64,000 bases of DNA, taken from the NCBI GenBank assembly GCA_963790415.1, contig CAWBOK010000005.1, positions 75,223 through 139,222 of the forward strand, in the 5' to 3' direction. Source of the DNA: an uncultured Actinomycetota bacterium. Lineage in GTDB: Bacteria; Actinomycetota; Thermoleophilia; RBG-16-64-13. The notes beneath the pieces are model-generated. The model saw only the letters and a program-made list of their open reading frames with translations, ran no database searches and was not told where the DNA came from. Of this stretch, positions 18,708 through 28,653 are shown in pieces. Made by a program: the position numbers and the translations under genes. The stretch's first letter is position 1, and each line of letters starts with the position of its first letter.

Positions 18708-19502
18708 TCATGTGCATCGCCTCACACGTGACACGACTTCGCTCACAGCCTCTACGACAACTCCCGGCTCCGTGAACTGCGGGAAATGGCCGCTTTGACC
18801 TGCAACGACCTGGCTCCCGTCGGGCGACATCGCGGCCAGCCTGCGTTGGTGCTCCGCTCGGGCCGCACGGGCAGGCACCGGGGTGGTTCGGAACAGAGCC
18901 GGCTTGCCGCCGGTCACCACGATGAGGGGAATCGCAGGGAACGGACCGGACCGATCGATGAGATCGACTGTGCGTGAGACGTTCTCCGTTTCGGCGCATT
19001 CGTTCTTGCGGAGGACGGTGTCGAGTGCCCGCTGGGCGAACCGCTGCAGCGCACTCTGATACGCGGCCATGACACCGACGTCTTCGGGCGCGGTGGCATC
19101 GAGCAGCACGACACCTGCAACCTCGGTCGGAAACGTGCGGGCGAAGAGGTTGACGAAGAGCCCCCCGAGCGAGTGCCCGACCAGGACGTATGGCGGCCGG
19201 AGGTCTGCCTGAAGCAAGAGCGCGCGCAGTGTCTCGACGACGACATCGCCCGCCTGTGGTTCGGAAGGCCTGCTGCTCCCACCGACTCCAAGTCGATTGT
19301 ACGCGAACACCGTGCCGAGTCCTTCGAGTTGTGGGTACACCTTGTGCCACCCCTCAATGGGGCCGCCGGAGCCGTTCACGAGGACGACCGCAGGCGATCC
19401 GACGCCGGACGTGACGTACTCGAGCGACACTCCGCCGCCGACATGGGCCGTCCTCTTCGGTGGGAATGACTTCATCCCCGCGGCCGTCAAGGGGTCGCGC
19501 AC
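18708..19502 (-). CDS. Alpha/beta hydrolase
   Basis: YNRLGVGGS, GHSLGG nucleophile elbow, SGHFPQ. Confidence 0.88.
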   Translation of the reverse strand: MRDPLTAAGMKSFPPKRTAHVGGGVSLEYVTSGVGSPAVVLVNGSGGPIEGWHKVYPQLEGLGTVFAYNRLGVGGSSRPSEPQAGDVVVETLRALLLQADLRPPYVLVGHSLGGLFVNLFARTFPTEVAGVVLLDATAPEDVGVMAAYQSALQRFAQRALDTVLRKNECAETENVSRTVDLIDRSGPFPAIPLIVVTGGKPALFRTTPVPARAARAEHQRRLAAMSPDGSQVVAGQSGHFPQFTEPGVVVEAVSEVVSRVRRCT

Positions 19503-19514
19503 CTCCCCGCCCGC

Positions 19515-20099
19515 TCAGCCCTTGCTGGGAGGCTCGAACGTCTTCCCGATCCCCCATGCGTCGCCCACCTGCTCGCCGACCGCCCAGTAGCGGTTGTCCG
19601 GCATCGTGAGCATGAAAGGTCGTACTCTGGTGATGTCGGGCCTTCCGCGGTCGTCGAGGAAGCGCTCCTCGGTCCACGCGGCCAGGACTTCGGCGACGAA
19701 TAGCTCGTGGCTCCCCAGGTCGACCACCTGAGTGACGCGGCACTCGAGGCAAACGGGACACTCGGCGATCATCGGCGCATGCTCGAGTGAGCCACGAACG
19801 ATCTCAAACAGCGCGCTCTTGTCCGCGCCTCTTCCGCCGGAGTTCATGCCGCACCAGTCGGTAACCGCGACCATGTCGACGCTGGGGATGTTGACGCTGA
19901 ACTCACCGTGCTCACGGATGCCGGCATTGGTCGCGTGGGCCTTGTTCAGCCCGGCGGCGACCAATGGCGGGTTGTGCCCCACCCGGTTGATCCACGCGAC
20001 CGCCTTGAAGTTGGGGCCACCAGGCAGATCGGCGCCCACGAGTGTCATGGGCATGGGATAGAGGAAGCCCTGCGGGCCGAGATCTATGCGAGTGGCCAT
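19515..20099 (-). CDS. Flavin reductase family protein, copy 1
   Basis: YPMPMTLVG, HATNAGIREHGEFSVN, PMIAECPVCLEC, HELFVAEV. Confidence 0.92.
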   Translation of the reverse strand: MATRIDLGPQGFLYPMPMTLVGADLPGGPNFKAVAWINRVGHNPPLVAAGLNKAHATNAGIREHGEFSVNIPSVDMVAVTDWCGMNSGGRGADKSALFEIVRGSLEHAPMIAECPVCLECRVTQVVDLGSHELFVAEVLAAWTEERFLDDRGRPDITRVRPFMLTMPDNRYWAVGEQVGDAWGIGKTFEPPSKG

Positions 20100-20361
20100 G
20101 GAGAAACCTCCTGACTTTGGTGTCATGCGCAGTATACCCGGCCTCCTTGACCTCACTGCCTCGTGACCGGTTGGCGCCACAGGAACAGAAGCTCGTCGAC
20201 CCCTTCTGCATCGAGGCGTTCAACACAGAGGATCGGTGACGACAAAACGAACGCATGTCTCCTCCGGTCCTTCGACAACGTGGGATCATCTCTTGACCAT
20301 CCTGCAACAATGCCGACCGTCCGTCCGGCAGCCCCTCAAGATCCGCCTGCGTAGGCTCTCT

Positions 20362-20430
20362 TCAAGTGTAGAACTTCGCGGCCTCTTCGGCGCGATCATC
20401 GAATGCCAAGAACGTGGTGATCTTAGGCAT
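20362..20430 (-). pseudogene. 22-codon N-terminal stub of a PhnB/VOC (3-demethylubiquinone methyltransferase-like) gene
   Basis: MPKITTFLAFDDRAEEAAKFYT* behind a GGGG RBS. Confidence 0.7.
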
Positions 20431-20443
20431 GTGGGCATCCCCC

Positions 20444-21451
20444 TCATACCCGGTCGGTGTTCATGGTTGAGGACCGCAGCTTCTTCACCGCGATGACGTA
20501 GAGCCCCACCGCGCCGAGGATGAAGATCACAGTGCCGATGCTGTCGATTGCTGTTCTGGGCCCTGTCTCGGGCTCCATGAACGCGCCGAGCCATGCGTAG
20601 GTCAGTATCCCGCCGCCCACGAGCGCAAGCACATGCAGCGTGCTCCATTCACGCCGGCGCGACCACCTGAGGACGAGCGCGAAGAACACGGTGGCGACCA
20701 CGAGGCACCCACCCACCTTCGCCCAGCCTGGGAGGTCCTCGGTGAGCATGTAGAGGCTGGAAGCGGCGAACGCAACCCCGCCCACCACCCACGGGCTCGG
20801 AACCGAACCCTGAATGGGTTCCCTGGTACGGCGCGTGAGCAAGAACGCGGCCGCCACGACCGCGGCGATGGCGACGACGGTCACGGTGAGCTGGGAGGCC
20901 GAGGCGAAGAACCGTTCGTCCAGATAGATGCTGTGGCCCAGCCATACCGACCCGCTCACGAAGATGGCGGCAACGATGGCGAGTCCGGGTCTGCCCAGCC
21001 ACGGCGCCTTCCCCCGCCTGGCGAAGATCGCCTCGACGAGGATGATAGGGATGCAGATGCTCCACACCGCATGCATCGCGACGACGATGAGCGTAAGCCA
21101 TGCGTCCACGCCCAGTGGGACGATTGTGCTCATGAGCTGTTCTTGGCCCGCGAAGTAGGCCGGGTTGAAGAGCATCTGGTCTACCAGCCCCTCCTCGATG
21201 AGGGCGTAGGCGACGCCGAGCCCGAGCATGGCCCCGTACCCGCGGTGGGTCCTACGTACGATCTCACGAACGAGCAGTGCGCCGGCGCCGTACAGCGGGG
21301 CGAGGAACGGCGCGAGGTACAACTCCGACAACTTCAGATTGCCCAGGAGGTACTCGCCGAAGAGCGGGGCAAGCACGAACAGCAGCACCGCAGGCGCGAC
21401 TCGGCGGGCGAAGGGCAGACGTGGAGAAGCGTTCGACACGCCACATCTCAT
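20444..21451 (-). CDS. Hypothetical polytopic membrane protein
   Basis: 335 aa; APLFGEYLLGN and YALIEEGLVDQMLFNP; multiple TM segments. Confidence 0.75.
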   Translation of the reverse strand: MRCGVSNASPRLPFARRVAPAVLLFVLAPLFGEYLLGNLKLSELYLAPFLAPLYGAGALLVREIVRRTHRGYGAMLGLGVAYALIEEGLVDQMLFNPAYFAGQEQLMSTIVPLGVDAWLTLIVVAMHAVWSICIPIILVEAIFARRGKAPWLGRPGLAIVAAIFVSGSVWLGHSIYLDERFFASASQLTVTVVAIAAVVAAAFLLTRRTREPIQGSVPSPWVVGGVAFAASSLYMLTEDLPGWAKVGGCLVVATVFFALVLRWSRRREWSTLHVLALVGGGILTYAWLGAFMEPETGPRTAIDSIGTVIFILGAVGLYVIAVKKLRSSTMNTDRV

Positions 21452-22020
21452 GGTCGCCTCTCCAGCCGCAACTCATACGCGGCCAACAGTGTGGCTATTC
21501 CGACGAGCCCTGCCCTCTCTGCCATCTCCCGGGGCGTTTCGTGGTCGTCGATCCTCGTTCGAAGCCGAGGATCGGCGCCCGCTTCTAGGAGTGCTTCGAC
21601 GGCGTGCAGATGACGCTGGCCGACGGCCATGTGTAGCGGCGTGTAGTCGTTGATGCCGCGTTGATTCGGGTCGGCATTGAACGTAAGAAGGAGCCCGATG
21701 ATATCGAGAGTGTCGCTCCTCGCCGGCGAACCCGGATGGGGACGGCTGCACGACAGTGCCGCGATCAAGGGCGGGAATCCGTCATCAACGACAGGTTTGG
21801 GATCGGCGCCAATCGCCAGCAACGTGCGGATAAACGGCAACGGGCTGTGGTAAATCGCGTACACGAGGCACAGGCCGATCGTCAGTGGCATCGGCCCGTT
21901 CGGCACGACGGCCGGATCGTCGACCGCGGCACGCAACGCGGCAAGGTCGCCGTCGCGAAAGGCGGCGTCGATCTTGCGGAATGCCTCCCAGTCCTTGCAG
22001 CGTTCAACTTCCGGGGTCAT
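21448..22020 (-). CDS. Ankyrin-repeat protein
   Basis: GADP repeats; DYTPLHMAVG; ETPREMAERAG. Confidence 0.85.
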   Translation of the reverse strand: MTPEVERCKDWEAFRKIDAAFRDGDLAALRAAVDDPAVVPNGPMPLTIGLCLVYAIYHSPLPFIRTLLAIGADPKPVVDDGFPPLIAALSCSRPHPGSPARSDTLDIIGLLLTFNADPNQRGINDYTPLHMAVGQRHLHAVEALLEAGADPRLRTRIDDHETPREMAERAGLVGIATLLAAYELRLERRP

Positions 22021-22051
22021 CGAGTCATCGCCTGGTTTGGGCCGGCGTCCA

Positions 22052-22618
22052 TCAATCAGAAACAGCATCACTCGAAACCCGGTACTCCAACACGTCTTCG
22101 AGCCCGTCCACCTCGTCAACATGGGACCCCACGCGCACAAAACCCAGCTGAGCGGCGAGGGCCTGAGAAGGGACGTTGTCAGGGCGAATTGACATCACGA
22201 AGCTACTCACGTGATGAACCTGACTCGCCCAACGCATTAAGGCTAAGGACGCTTCGCGCGCAAACCCTTGTCGACGGAGGGAGGGGAACACCGTGAAACC
22301 CAGCTCGACGGAGCCAGGCGACAATCGCCGGAGGTAGTCTGCTCCGGGCGCCGTGTGAAAACCGATGAACCCGACCATGATGCCGGTCTCTCGACATACC
22401 ATCGCACGGAGCAACCACGGCTGGAGCGCCGGTTCCTCGTCGAGTTGCTTTAGCCGGAGGGACAGCACGTCCAAGTGCTCACCAGGCCATTCAGGAGGCA
22501 CAAACACCTGCAGATGCCGCTCGGCTTCCCGAATGTCGCCCCTCAGTGAGGCACGCAGGAACGCCGGCGTCATGGGGATCAGATCCAATCGCGGTGAGTG
22601 GATCGGCGCGGTCATCAA
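22052..22618 (-). CDS. GNAT N-acetyltransferase (RimJ/RimL-like)
   Basis: VGFIGFHTAP, VELGFTVFPSLRRQGFA, NVPSQALAAQLGF. Confidence 0.88.
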   Translation of the reverse strand: MMTAPIHSPRLDLIPMTPAFLRASLRGDIREAERHLQVFVPPEWPGEHLDVLSLRLKQLDEEPALQPWLLRAMVCRETGIMVGFIGFHTAPGADYLRRLSPGSVELGFTVFPSLRRQGFAREASLALMRWASQVHHVSSFVMSIRPDNVPSQALAAQLGFVRVGSHVDEVDGLEDVLEYRVSSDAVSD

Positions 22619-22753
22619 GTCTCCCTACGCATCGTCCGCGGGTCGAAGCCGAGCGAGCCGCGGACCCCTACGAAGCATCCACGAGCGGCGCCCCGGGTCG
22701 CCGAAGGCTATCATGCTGAGAAGGTCGGTCACACCGAGTGGAGGAGGTCACGC

Positions 22754-23266
22754 GTGGGCGGCGGAGATGAGAGGCCCTCTCCCCAGGCTCCCTGGTGGAA
22801 GGGCGCCAGAGGCGAGGGGTACGTGGCAGCGCAGGTCATCATCTTCGGCCTCATCGCCGTCGGACCACGCTCCGGGCTCGGCCTCCCGGGCTGGACCGAG
22901 CCCTACACCTCGGTGGCGACCGTCGTCGGGGTCGCGTTGGTGGTGGGTGGAGCAACACTCGCCGTATGGGGCATGCGCTCGCTCGGCACCAGCCTCACCG
23001 CGCTGCCGTACCCCAAAGAAGGCTCGACGTTCGTCGAGTCAGGCCCCTACCGGATGGTCCGCAACCCCATCTACAGCGGACTCATCCTCGGCGCGTTCGG
23101 GCTGGCCCTGGCGATACACTCGTGGCTGAACCTCGTGTACGCCCTGGCGCTCCTGATCCTCTTCGACCTCAAGACCCGTCGAGAAGAGGGCTGGCTGTGC
23201 GAGCGCTATCCCGAGTACGCGGACTACCAGCGGCGGGTGAAGAAGCTGCTGCCCTGGGTGTGGTGA
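22754..23266 (+). CDS. Isoprenylcysteine carboxylmethyltransferase (Ste14/PEMT) family
   Basis: GPYRMVRNPIYSG and EEGWLCERYPEYADY; GGAGGAGG RBS before GTG. Confidence 0.88.
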   Translation: MGGGDERPSPQAPWWKGARGEGYVAAQVIIFGLIAVGPRSGLGLPGWTEPYTSVATVVGVALVVGGATLAVWGMRSLGTSLTALPYPKEGSTFVESGPYRMVRNPIYSGLILGAFGLALAIHSWLNLVYALALLILFDLKTRREEGWLCERYPEYADYQRRVKKLLPWVW

Positions 23267-23280
23267 GAAGGGGGCGGCAC

Positions 23281-23465
23281 TCAGAGTTGATACCGCACGA
23301 TATCCAAGGAGCCATGAAAGACTCCAAGTAGGTCGATGTTTCCATCGTCCTTCAGGAGGTAGGCTATTCGATAATGCCCGTAGAGCAGAATCCGGACGTT
23401 TCGCGACGAGGCGACGTAACGGTGTCCGATCTCGGCGCTTCGTCGGTCCAAGCTATCGTTGCCAT
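23281..23465 (-). pseudogene. RelE/ParE toxin with a large out-of-frame internal deletion
   Basis: MATIAWTDEA joined out of frame to PEIGHRY...VRILLYGHYRIAYL...LGVFHGSLDI. Confidence 0.75.
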
Positions 23466-23638
23466 GAGCGGATGCGATGCGACATCTGCTCGTTTGAGAT
23501 GGTGCGCTTCTCGTCCGAATCGGCAAGCCCACGCTCAACCATGACGTGAAAGGCAAGCTCCCGGACGATTTCCTCGCGAGAGCTGTCCTCCGGCTGCCCT
23601 TGGATCAGGCGGGTAAGTTCTTCCTTGACCGTGGACAT
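23453..23638 (-). CDS. Putative antitoxin (61 aa) of the ParE module
   Basis: MSTVKEELTRLIQGQPEDSSREEIVRELAF...VERGLADS; overlaps the toxin start. Confidence 0.75.
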   Translation of the reverse strand: MSTVKEELTRLIQGQPEDSSREEIVRELAFHVMVERGLADSDEKRTISNEQMSHRIRSWQR

Positions 23639-23672
23639 AGTTGTGATCTCCAAGTCGCCGCAATTCGGGCAA

Positions 23673-23701
23673 ACTGTACATATCGCCCTACCGTCCGTCA
23701 A
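23673..23701 (-). promoter_or_regulatory. Sigma70 promoter TTGACG-N17-TACAGT for the TA pair
   Basis: -35 at 23696-23701, -10 at 23673-23678. Confidence 0.7.
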
Positions 23702-23728
23702 GCGGGCCGCGTACCCCGAGGACCCCCG

Positions 23729-24313
23729 TCAGCCTCTGCTCGGAGGCTCGAACGTCCTCCCGGTCGCCCACGCTTTGCCCACCTGCTCGCCCACGGCCCA
23801 GTAACGGTTGTCCGGCATCGTGAGCGTGAAGGGACGCACCTTGGTGATGTCGGGCCTGCCGTGGTCGTCGAGGAAACGCTCCTCGGTCCACGTAGCCACG
23901 ACTTCGGCGACGAAGAGTTCATGGCTGCCCAGGTCGACCACCTGCATGACGCGGCACTCGAGGCAGAGCGGGCACTCCGCGATCATCGGCGCATGCTCGA
24001 GCGATCCACGGACGACCTCGAAGAGCGTGCTCTTGTCGGCGCCGCGTCCGGTGGAGTTCATGCCGCACCAGTCCGTGACCGCGACCATGTCGACACCGGG
24101 GATGTTGACGCTGAACTCGCCGTGCTCCCGGATGCCGGCGTTGGTGGCGTGGCTCTTGTTCAGGCCGGTGGCGAGCAACGGTGGGTTGGACTCCACGCGG
24201 CTGATCCAGGCGACCGCCATGAAGTTGGCGCCGCCCGGCAGATCCGCACCCACCAGCGTTACGGGCATCGGATAGAGGAAGCCCTGCGGACCGATATCGA
24301 TGCGACTGGACAT
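23729..24313 (-). CDS. Flavin reductase family protein, copy 2
   Basis: Same length (585 bp) as 19515-20099 and closely similar. Confidence 0.92.
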   Translation of the reverse strand: MSSRIDIGPQGFLYPMPVTLVGADLPGGANFMAVAWISRVESNPPLLATGLNKSHATNAGIREHGEFSVNIPGVDMVAVTDWCGMNSTGRGADKSTLFEVVRGSLEHAPMIAECPLCLECRVMQVVDLGSHELFVAEVVATWTEERFLDDHGRPDITKVRPFTLTMPDNRYWAVGEQVGKAWATGRTFEPPSRG

Positions 24314-24407
24314 GGAGACCTCCTGACGTCGGTGACAGACCGAAGTATAACCGTCCGTCTCCGCGGACTCGCGGGCTATCCGGATCGTGTCGCGCCCGCA
24401 GCGAGAG

Positions 24408-24962
24408 TCAGGGCGCCACCTCAGACTTCCGGTTCATGCGTTCGATTTCGGCGAGTGCGTCTTCCGCGAAGCCAAGGTCTCGGAGTATCGCCAGCAGGAA
24501 CTCCGTCTTGCCTTGACCGTACTCATCGACGTCCTCCGAGTGGTCGCGCGCCAACCGCTTCTTGAGGTCGCCATATGCCTGCGCGGCAACAGGATCGCTC
24601 CTGAGGAAGTCCCTAATCGCCAGGTGATTCGCCAGAGCAGGGCTACCCGTGGGGCACACATAGAGATGATGAGGCGGAGATCCGGACGGGCCGCGAAACG
24701 CCTCACGACCCGCCACCCCCAGGTCGCCGAGGTGCTCGTAACCCAGCGCGGTCAATCGTTCTGTGACCCCAACGACGTCAGGTCCGGCAACGACCACGTC
24801 GATGTCTATCACCGGTTTCGCCGCCAGCCCGGGAACGGACGTGCTGCCGACGTGCTCGATCGACACGGCGACATCTTCAACGGCATGCCAGATCGGCGGG
24901 CGCAACCTCTCGAAGACCCGCGGCCAGTCCGGATCGTAGTCAAGGACGATGACGGGATTCAC
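24408..24962 (-). CDS. GrpB family protein
   Basis: YDPDWP, IEHVGSTSVPGLAAKPVIDID, HLAIRDFLR. Confidence 0.92.
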   Translation of the reverse strand: MNPVIVLDYDPDWPRVFERLRPPIWHAVEDVAVSIEHVGSTSVPGLAAKPVIDIDVVVAGPDVVGVTERLTALGYEHLGDLGVAGREAFRGPSGSPPHHLYVCPTGSPALANHLAIRDFLRSDPVAAQAYGDLKKRLARDHSEDVDEYGQGKTEFLLAILRDLGFAEDALAEIERMNRKSEVAP

Positions 24963-24969
24963 CTGATGA

Positions 24970-25982
24970 TCACCGCATCAGTCGCCGAGCGGCGGCGCAG
25001 ATCCGCTCTCTGTTGGGGAGGATCTGGTCCTCCAAGTGACGGGCATACGGGATGGTCGTCCGGGTGCAGACGCGGGCATACCTGCAGGAGATACCGGCCT
25101 CCAAGACCACCGCCGACAGTTCACCCGACAGACCGAAGCCTTCGTAGTCTTCGTCTACCACCACCAGACGCCCGGTCTGTGCGACCGCTTCGCAGACCGC
25201 CGTCTTGTCCAGCGGAGAGACGGTCCGCAGGTCCAGCACACCCGCCGAGATCCCTTCCGTCTCGAGGGCTCGCGCGGCTTCCAGAGCGCGGTGCACGCCC
25301 ACTCCCACGCTGACGATGGTCACATCCCCCCCGTCCCGGCGAAAGCACGGCCTCGCCGATAGGCACGGGTTCCCATGTCCGAGGCACGGCGCCTTTCGCC
25401 CCCTCCGCGGGAACGTCGTATTGAACGGTGCGTCGCGCGCCTGACCCCAGGAATTCGAGCCAGGTCTCGGAGAGAAGTTTGTGTTCAAGGAAGATCACCG
25501 GACCATCGTGCTGCAGGGCGGCCAGCATCAGGCCGCCGGCATCGGCCGGTGTGGATGGCACCAGTACGGTCAGCCCGGGGATATGCGCAAGCCAGCCCCA
25601 CAAGGACTGTTCGTGCTGCCCGCCGTCGCCGTAGCCGCCGCCACACGGGGCGCGCACCACGACGGGCGCCGTCCACGTGCCGCCGGAGAACGCCTCCACT
25701 TTGGCGGCATGGTTGAGCAGGGCGTCCATGCACACGCCGAGGAAGTCCACCATGTACAGCTCGACGACCGGGCGCAGACCGGCCATCGCGGCAGCCACGC
25801 CTGCTCCCAAGAAGGCACTCTCGCTGATGGGAGTGCCGCGCACGCGTCGGGGCCCGAAGCGCACCAGCAGGTCGCGTCGCAGCAACGGAACGTCCTCTCC
25901 GAACAGAATGATGCGCGGATCCTCCGCCATGGCTTGAGCCGAGTGCGTCGTCGACAGCCTGCGTGAAGAACATGGTTCTCAC
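24970..25982 (-). CDS. TPP-dependent dehydrogenase E1 beta subunit (pyruvate/acetoin type); two apparent +1 frameshifts (about 25941 and 25342)
   Basis: GEDV, TPISESAFLGAG..AA..GLRPVVE, QHEQS, PSTPADAGGL, DLRTVSPLD, VVVDEDY. Confidence 0.88.
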
Positions 25983-27010
25983 GACGGCGCCTCCGCCAGG
26001 GCGGACGCAAGCACGAGGCCCATCTCCTGCTCGATCCGCTCTTCCAATTCCTGCAGGCGCGCCGGGTCCGAGAGCAGCGTCTCGCGTGTGCGGCGGACCG
26101 GATCGTTGGCGGAATCGCGTCGTGGGTCGCGCACCGTCGAGAGCACGGCCGCAAGGACCTCTTTCAGCCCGGCCACGCGGTCGCGCACAGCCGCCCCGCC
26201 CGGACGGCTCAAGAACGACCGCGTGAGCGGAACGGCGATCCCGGGCATCTCCCTGAGCGGATCGCGCACGAGCCTCAGCAGTTGAAGGCCCAGGAAGTGG
26301 CCCTCGAAATGCACGCAACGGGCATGCAGGAAGGTCGGTCCTTGACCGGAACGGGCGCGTTCGATTGCCGCATGGGACGCCTCCCACACCTCGAGCACGT
26401 CGAGGCCGTCGACTTCGACGGCGGGGACGCCCAGGCCGCGCGCCCGTTCGTTCAGATCCCCGCCGGTCATCCTTTCGGATTGCGCGGTAATGGCCCAACC
26501 GTCATCCTTGCAGACGAACACCAGAGGCAGGTTCCATGCCGAAGCCAGGTTCATCGATTCCATCAGCATGCCCTGGTTCATCGCCCCTTCCCCGAAGAAC
26601 GCAACGGCGACCGCGCCCGGGTGCAGGTACTGAGCAGTCAACCCAAAACCAACAGCGGTTGGCCCTGCGGCACCGACGATCCCCGAAGAAGCCGCGAGGT
26701 GTTCTTTGGAGAACAGGTGCATGTGTCCACCCATGCCGCCGCACAGCCCGTCCGGGCGACCGAGCAACTCGCGGAGGATCAGGACGGGGTCCACGCCGCG
26801 CATGAGTAGCGCCGCCGTGCCGCGATGGTCCAAAGCCATGGCGTCGCCTTCGCGCACGTGGGCAACAACGCCCGCGATGATCGCTTCTTCGCCTGTTCCA
26901 AGGTGCATTTCGCCGGAGATCAAGCCGTCGTGCCAGAGACCGGCGATGGCCTCTTCGAACAGACGACTCTGCAGCATCAGGGAATAGAGCGACCATGATT
27001 CGGGTGGCAC
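25979..27010 (-). CDS. TPP-dependent dehydrogenase E1 alpha subunit
   Basis: HLGTGEEA, GMGGHMH, GEGAMNQG...N TPP motif, FEGH; GGAGG RBS before GTG at 27010. Confidence 0.9.
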   Translation of the reverse strand: MPPESWSLYSLMLQSRLFEEAIAGLWHDGLISGEMHLGTGEEAIIAGVVAHVREGDAMALDHRGTAALLMRGVDPVLILRELLGRPDGLCGGMGGHMHLFSKEHLAASSGIVGAAGPTAVGFGLTAQYLHPGAVAVAFFGEGAMNQGMLMESMNLASAWNLPLVFVCKDDGWAITAQSERMTGGDLNERARGLGVPAVEVDGLDVLEVWEASHAAIERARSGQGPTFLHARCVHFEGHFLGLQLLRLVRDPLREMPGIAVPLTRSFLSRPGGAAVRDRVAGLKEVLAAVLSTVRDPRRDSANDPVRRTRETLLSDPARLQELEERIEQEMGLVLASALAEAPS

Positions 27011-27213
27011 AGCAACCTCCGAGAATCGTCGCCGGCCGGCCCCGCCGCAGCATCTCCGGCGTGTACCCGACGTGGCACGGATGAGTGACACGGGCCGCCT
27101 ATCCGCTCCACCCGAGTATAACTCCGGGGAAGCTGGTCTGGTCGATCCGCGTGCCAAGGGAAGGGGCGCCGATCGACCTCGCGACGTCGCCCTCGCGCGG
27201 GCAGAGAACGCAG

Positions 27214-27654
27214 CTACTTGCTCGCGGCGTCGAAGAGCAGCGACTCGTTGCCGACCTGGTCGTAGAGCGTCAGCCGGCCGTCGGCAGCCTTGAAGGACTT
27301 GGCTTGGCCGAGCAGAGTCAGGTAGGCGGACTCGGCGCGCATCGCCGGTTCCGGACCGGCCATTTCTGTGGCCGCGATCTGCCCCACCGAGAAGGCCTCG
27401 TCCGGGCCTGCCTGGTACGACCCGCTGTACGTGTTGACGCCGCTGTTGCCAGAGACCCGACCCTCGGCGAACTGGGCTGTGATCGTGAAGTCGGCGGGGT
27501 CCAAGGAGCTCAGCGTCCACCCGGTGAGCCGCCACTGCGTCCCGTTCAGGGAGCCGCCGTCAGACGATCCGGTGTCCGACGAACAACCGGCCAGAACCAG
27601 CAGCGGCGCGGCGAGGAGAAGGATCGCCGCCACTACCTTCGATGTGCGGATCAT
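27214..27654 (-). CDS. META-domain lipoprotein
   Basis: LAGC lipobox; LNGTQWRL, SGNSGVNTYSGSY, ATEMAG. Confidence 0.88.
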   Translation of the reverse strand: MIRTSKVVAAILLLAAPLLVLAGCSSDTGSSDGGSLNGTQWRLTGWTLSSLDPADFTITAQFAEGRVSGNSGVNTYSGSYQAGPDEAFSVGQIAATEMAGPEPAMRAESAYLTLLGQAKSFKAADGRLTLYDQVGNESLLFDAASK

Positions 27655-27752
27655 GCGTGCCTCCAGTAGGACGAAGACTCATCGCCGGCAGAACGCCGGA
27701 CGGGCGTTCGACGACCCCGTGTGACCTTGCGTTCCGAGAAAGCCATGCCCGG

Positions 27753-28502
27753 TCAGGTGCCCAACGAGTTGGGGGGCAGGTCGAAGAGTCGGGTCGCTAT
27801 CGGGGCATAGACGAGTCCCCAGAAGATACGGATCGCCAGGGCCAGGACGAAGCCCAGAACCCAGAAGAAGAGTATCGAGTGCTGTTGGTCCCGGCATGGC
27901 TCTCTCCAAAGGAGCTCCTCATCAATGAAGAGCAGGGGAAGGGCGATGAAACTGCTGTAGGCGACGGTGTAGTACGCAAGCATGATCGGAGATAGATAGA
28001 ACAAGGGGGAAGAGAGTACGGAAGTGAGCGTCCCGGTGAAGATGAGACCCTCCGTGAGGCTCTTCCCACCGGCAAAGAAGAACACTTCCCGAAACGAGGC
28101 CTGGGTTCTCCTGATAACGAGGTACGAGATGACCGCGATCGGGATGTAGTCGCCTTGAGCTAGGATGAACGAGGGCAGGGTTTCTGGGTGGATTCCTCCG
28201 ATGCCTTCCCCCGTGACCGTGAGGCCGGCTTCGAACATCATCCCGAACAACCAGACGAGAAGGACATATCCGGCAGGCGCGAGCTTCCTTGGGATGCGTA
28301 TCTTCTTCCGGAGATCGCGGGTGTTGTTGGCCCAGAGACCGACGAGCATGAGGCCATAGAGAACGAGTTCTGAGAACCAGAAGGGTGACCTGGCCTCGGG
28401 AACCGCATCGAGATTGAGGGCGACGAACACGAGCCCCAGACCGATCCAGATCTTCACATTCCAAATGCCACGGCCGTAGAGCTCTGGTGGTCCGACTCCC
28501 AT
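27753..28502 (-). CDS. Hypothetical polytopic membrane protein, visibly more AT-rich than its neighbours
   Basis: 249 aa hydrophobic ORF with a GGAGG RBS. Confidence 0.7.
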   Translation of the reverse strand: MGVGPPELYGRGIWNVKIWIGLGLVFVALNLDAVPEARSPFWFSELVLYGLMLVGLWANNTRDLRKKIRIPRKLAPAGYVLLVWLFGMMFEAGLTVTGEGIGGIHPETLPSFILAQGDYIPIAVISYLVIRRTQASFREVFFFAGGKSLTEGLIFTGTLTSVLSSPLFYLSPIMLAYYTVAYSSFIALPLLFIDEELLWREPCRDQQHSILFFWVLGFVLALAIRIFWGLVYAPIATRLFDLPPNSLGT

Positions 28503-28653
28503 GATCTACCTCCCGAAGCAGCTCTTGCCCTTCGGAGAGCGCACCAGGACACCGGCGAGCAACGCGCTCCCTACCCTCTCGTTCCCCGCTTCAGTCTGTC
28601 GGCCTGGGCCGTGAATGCGGCGAAACACCAGGCATAGACCCGACGCGACACGC

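Noticed and set aside
23640-23700. CTVCPNCGD zinc-finger extension of the antitoxin ORF
   Set aside because: It overlaps the predicted promoter; the ATG at 23638 with a GGAG RBS is the more plausible start.
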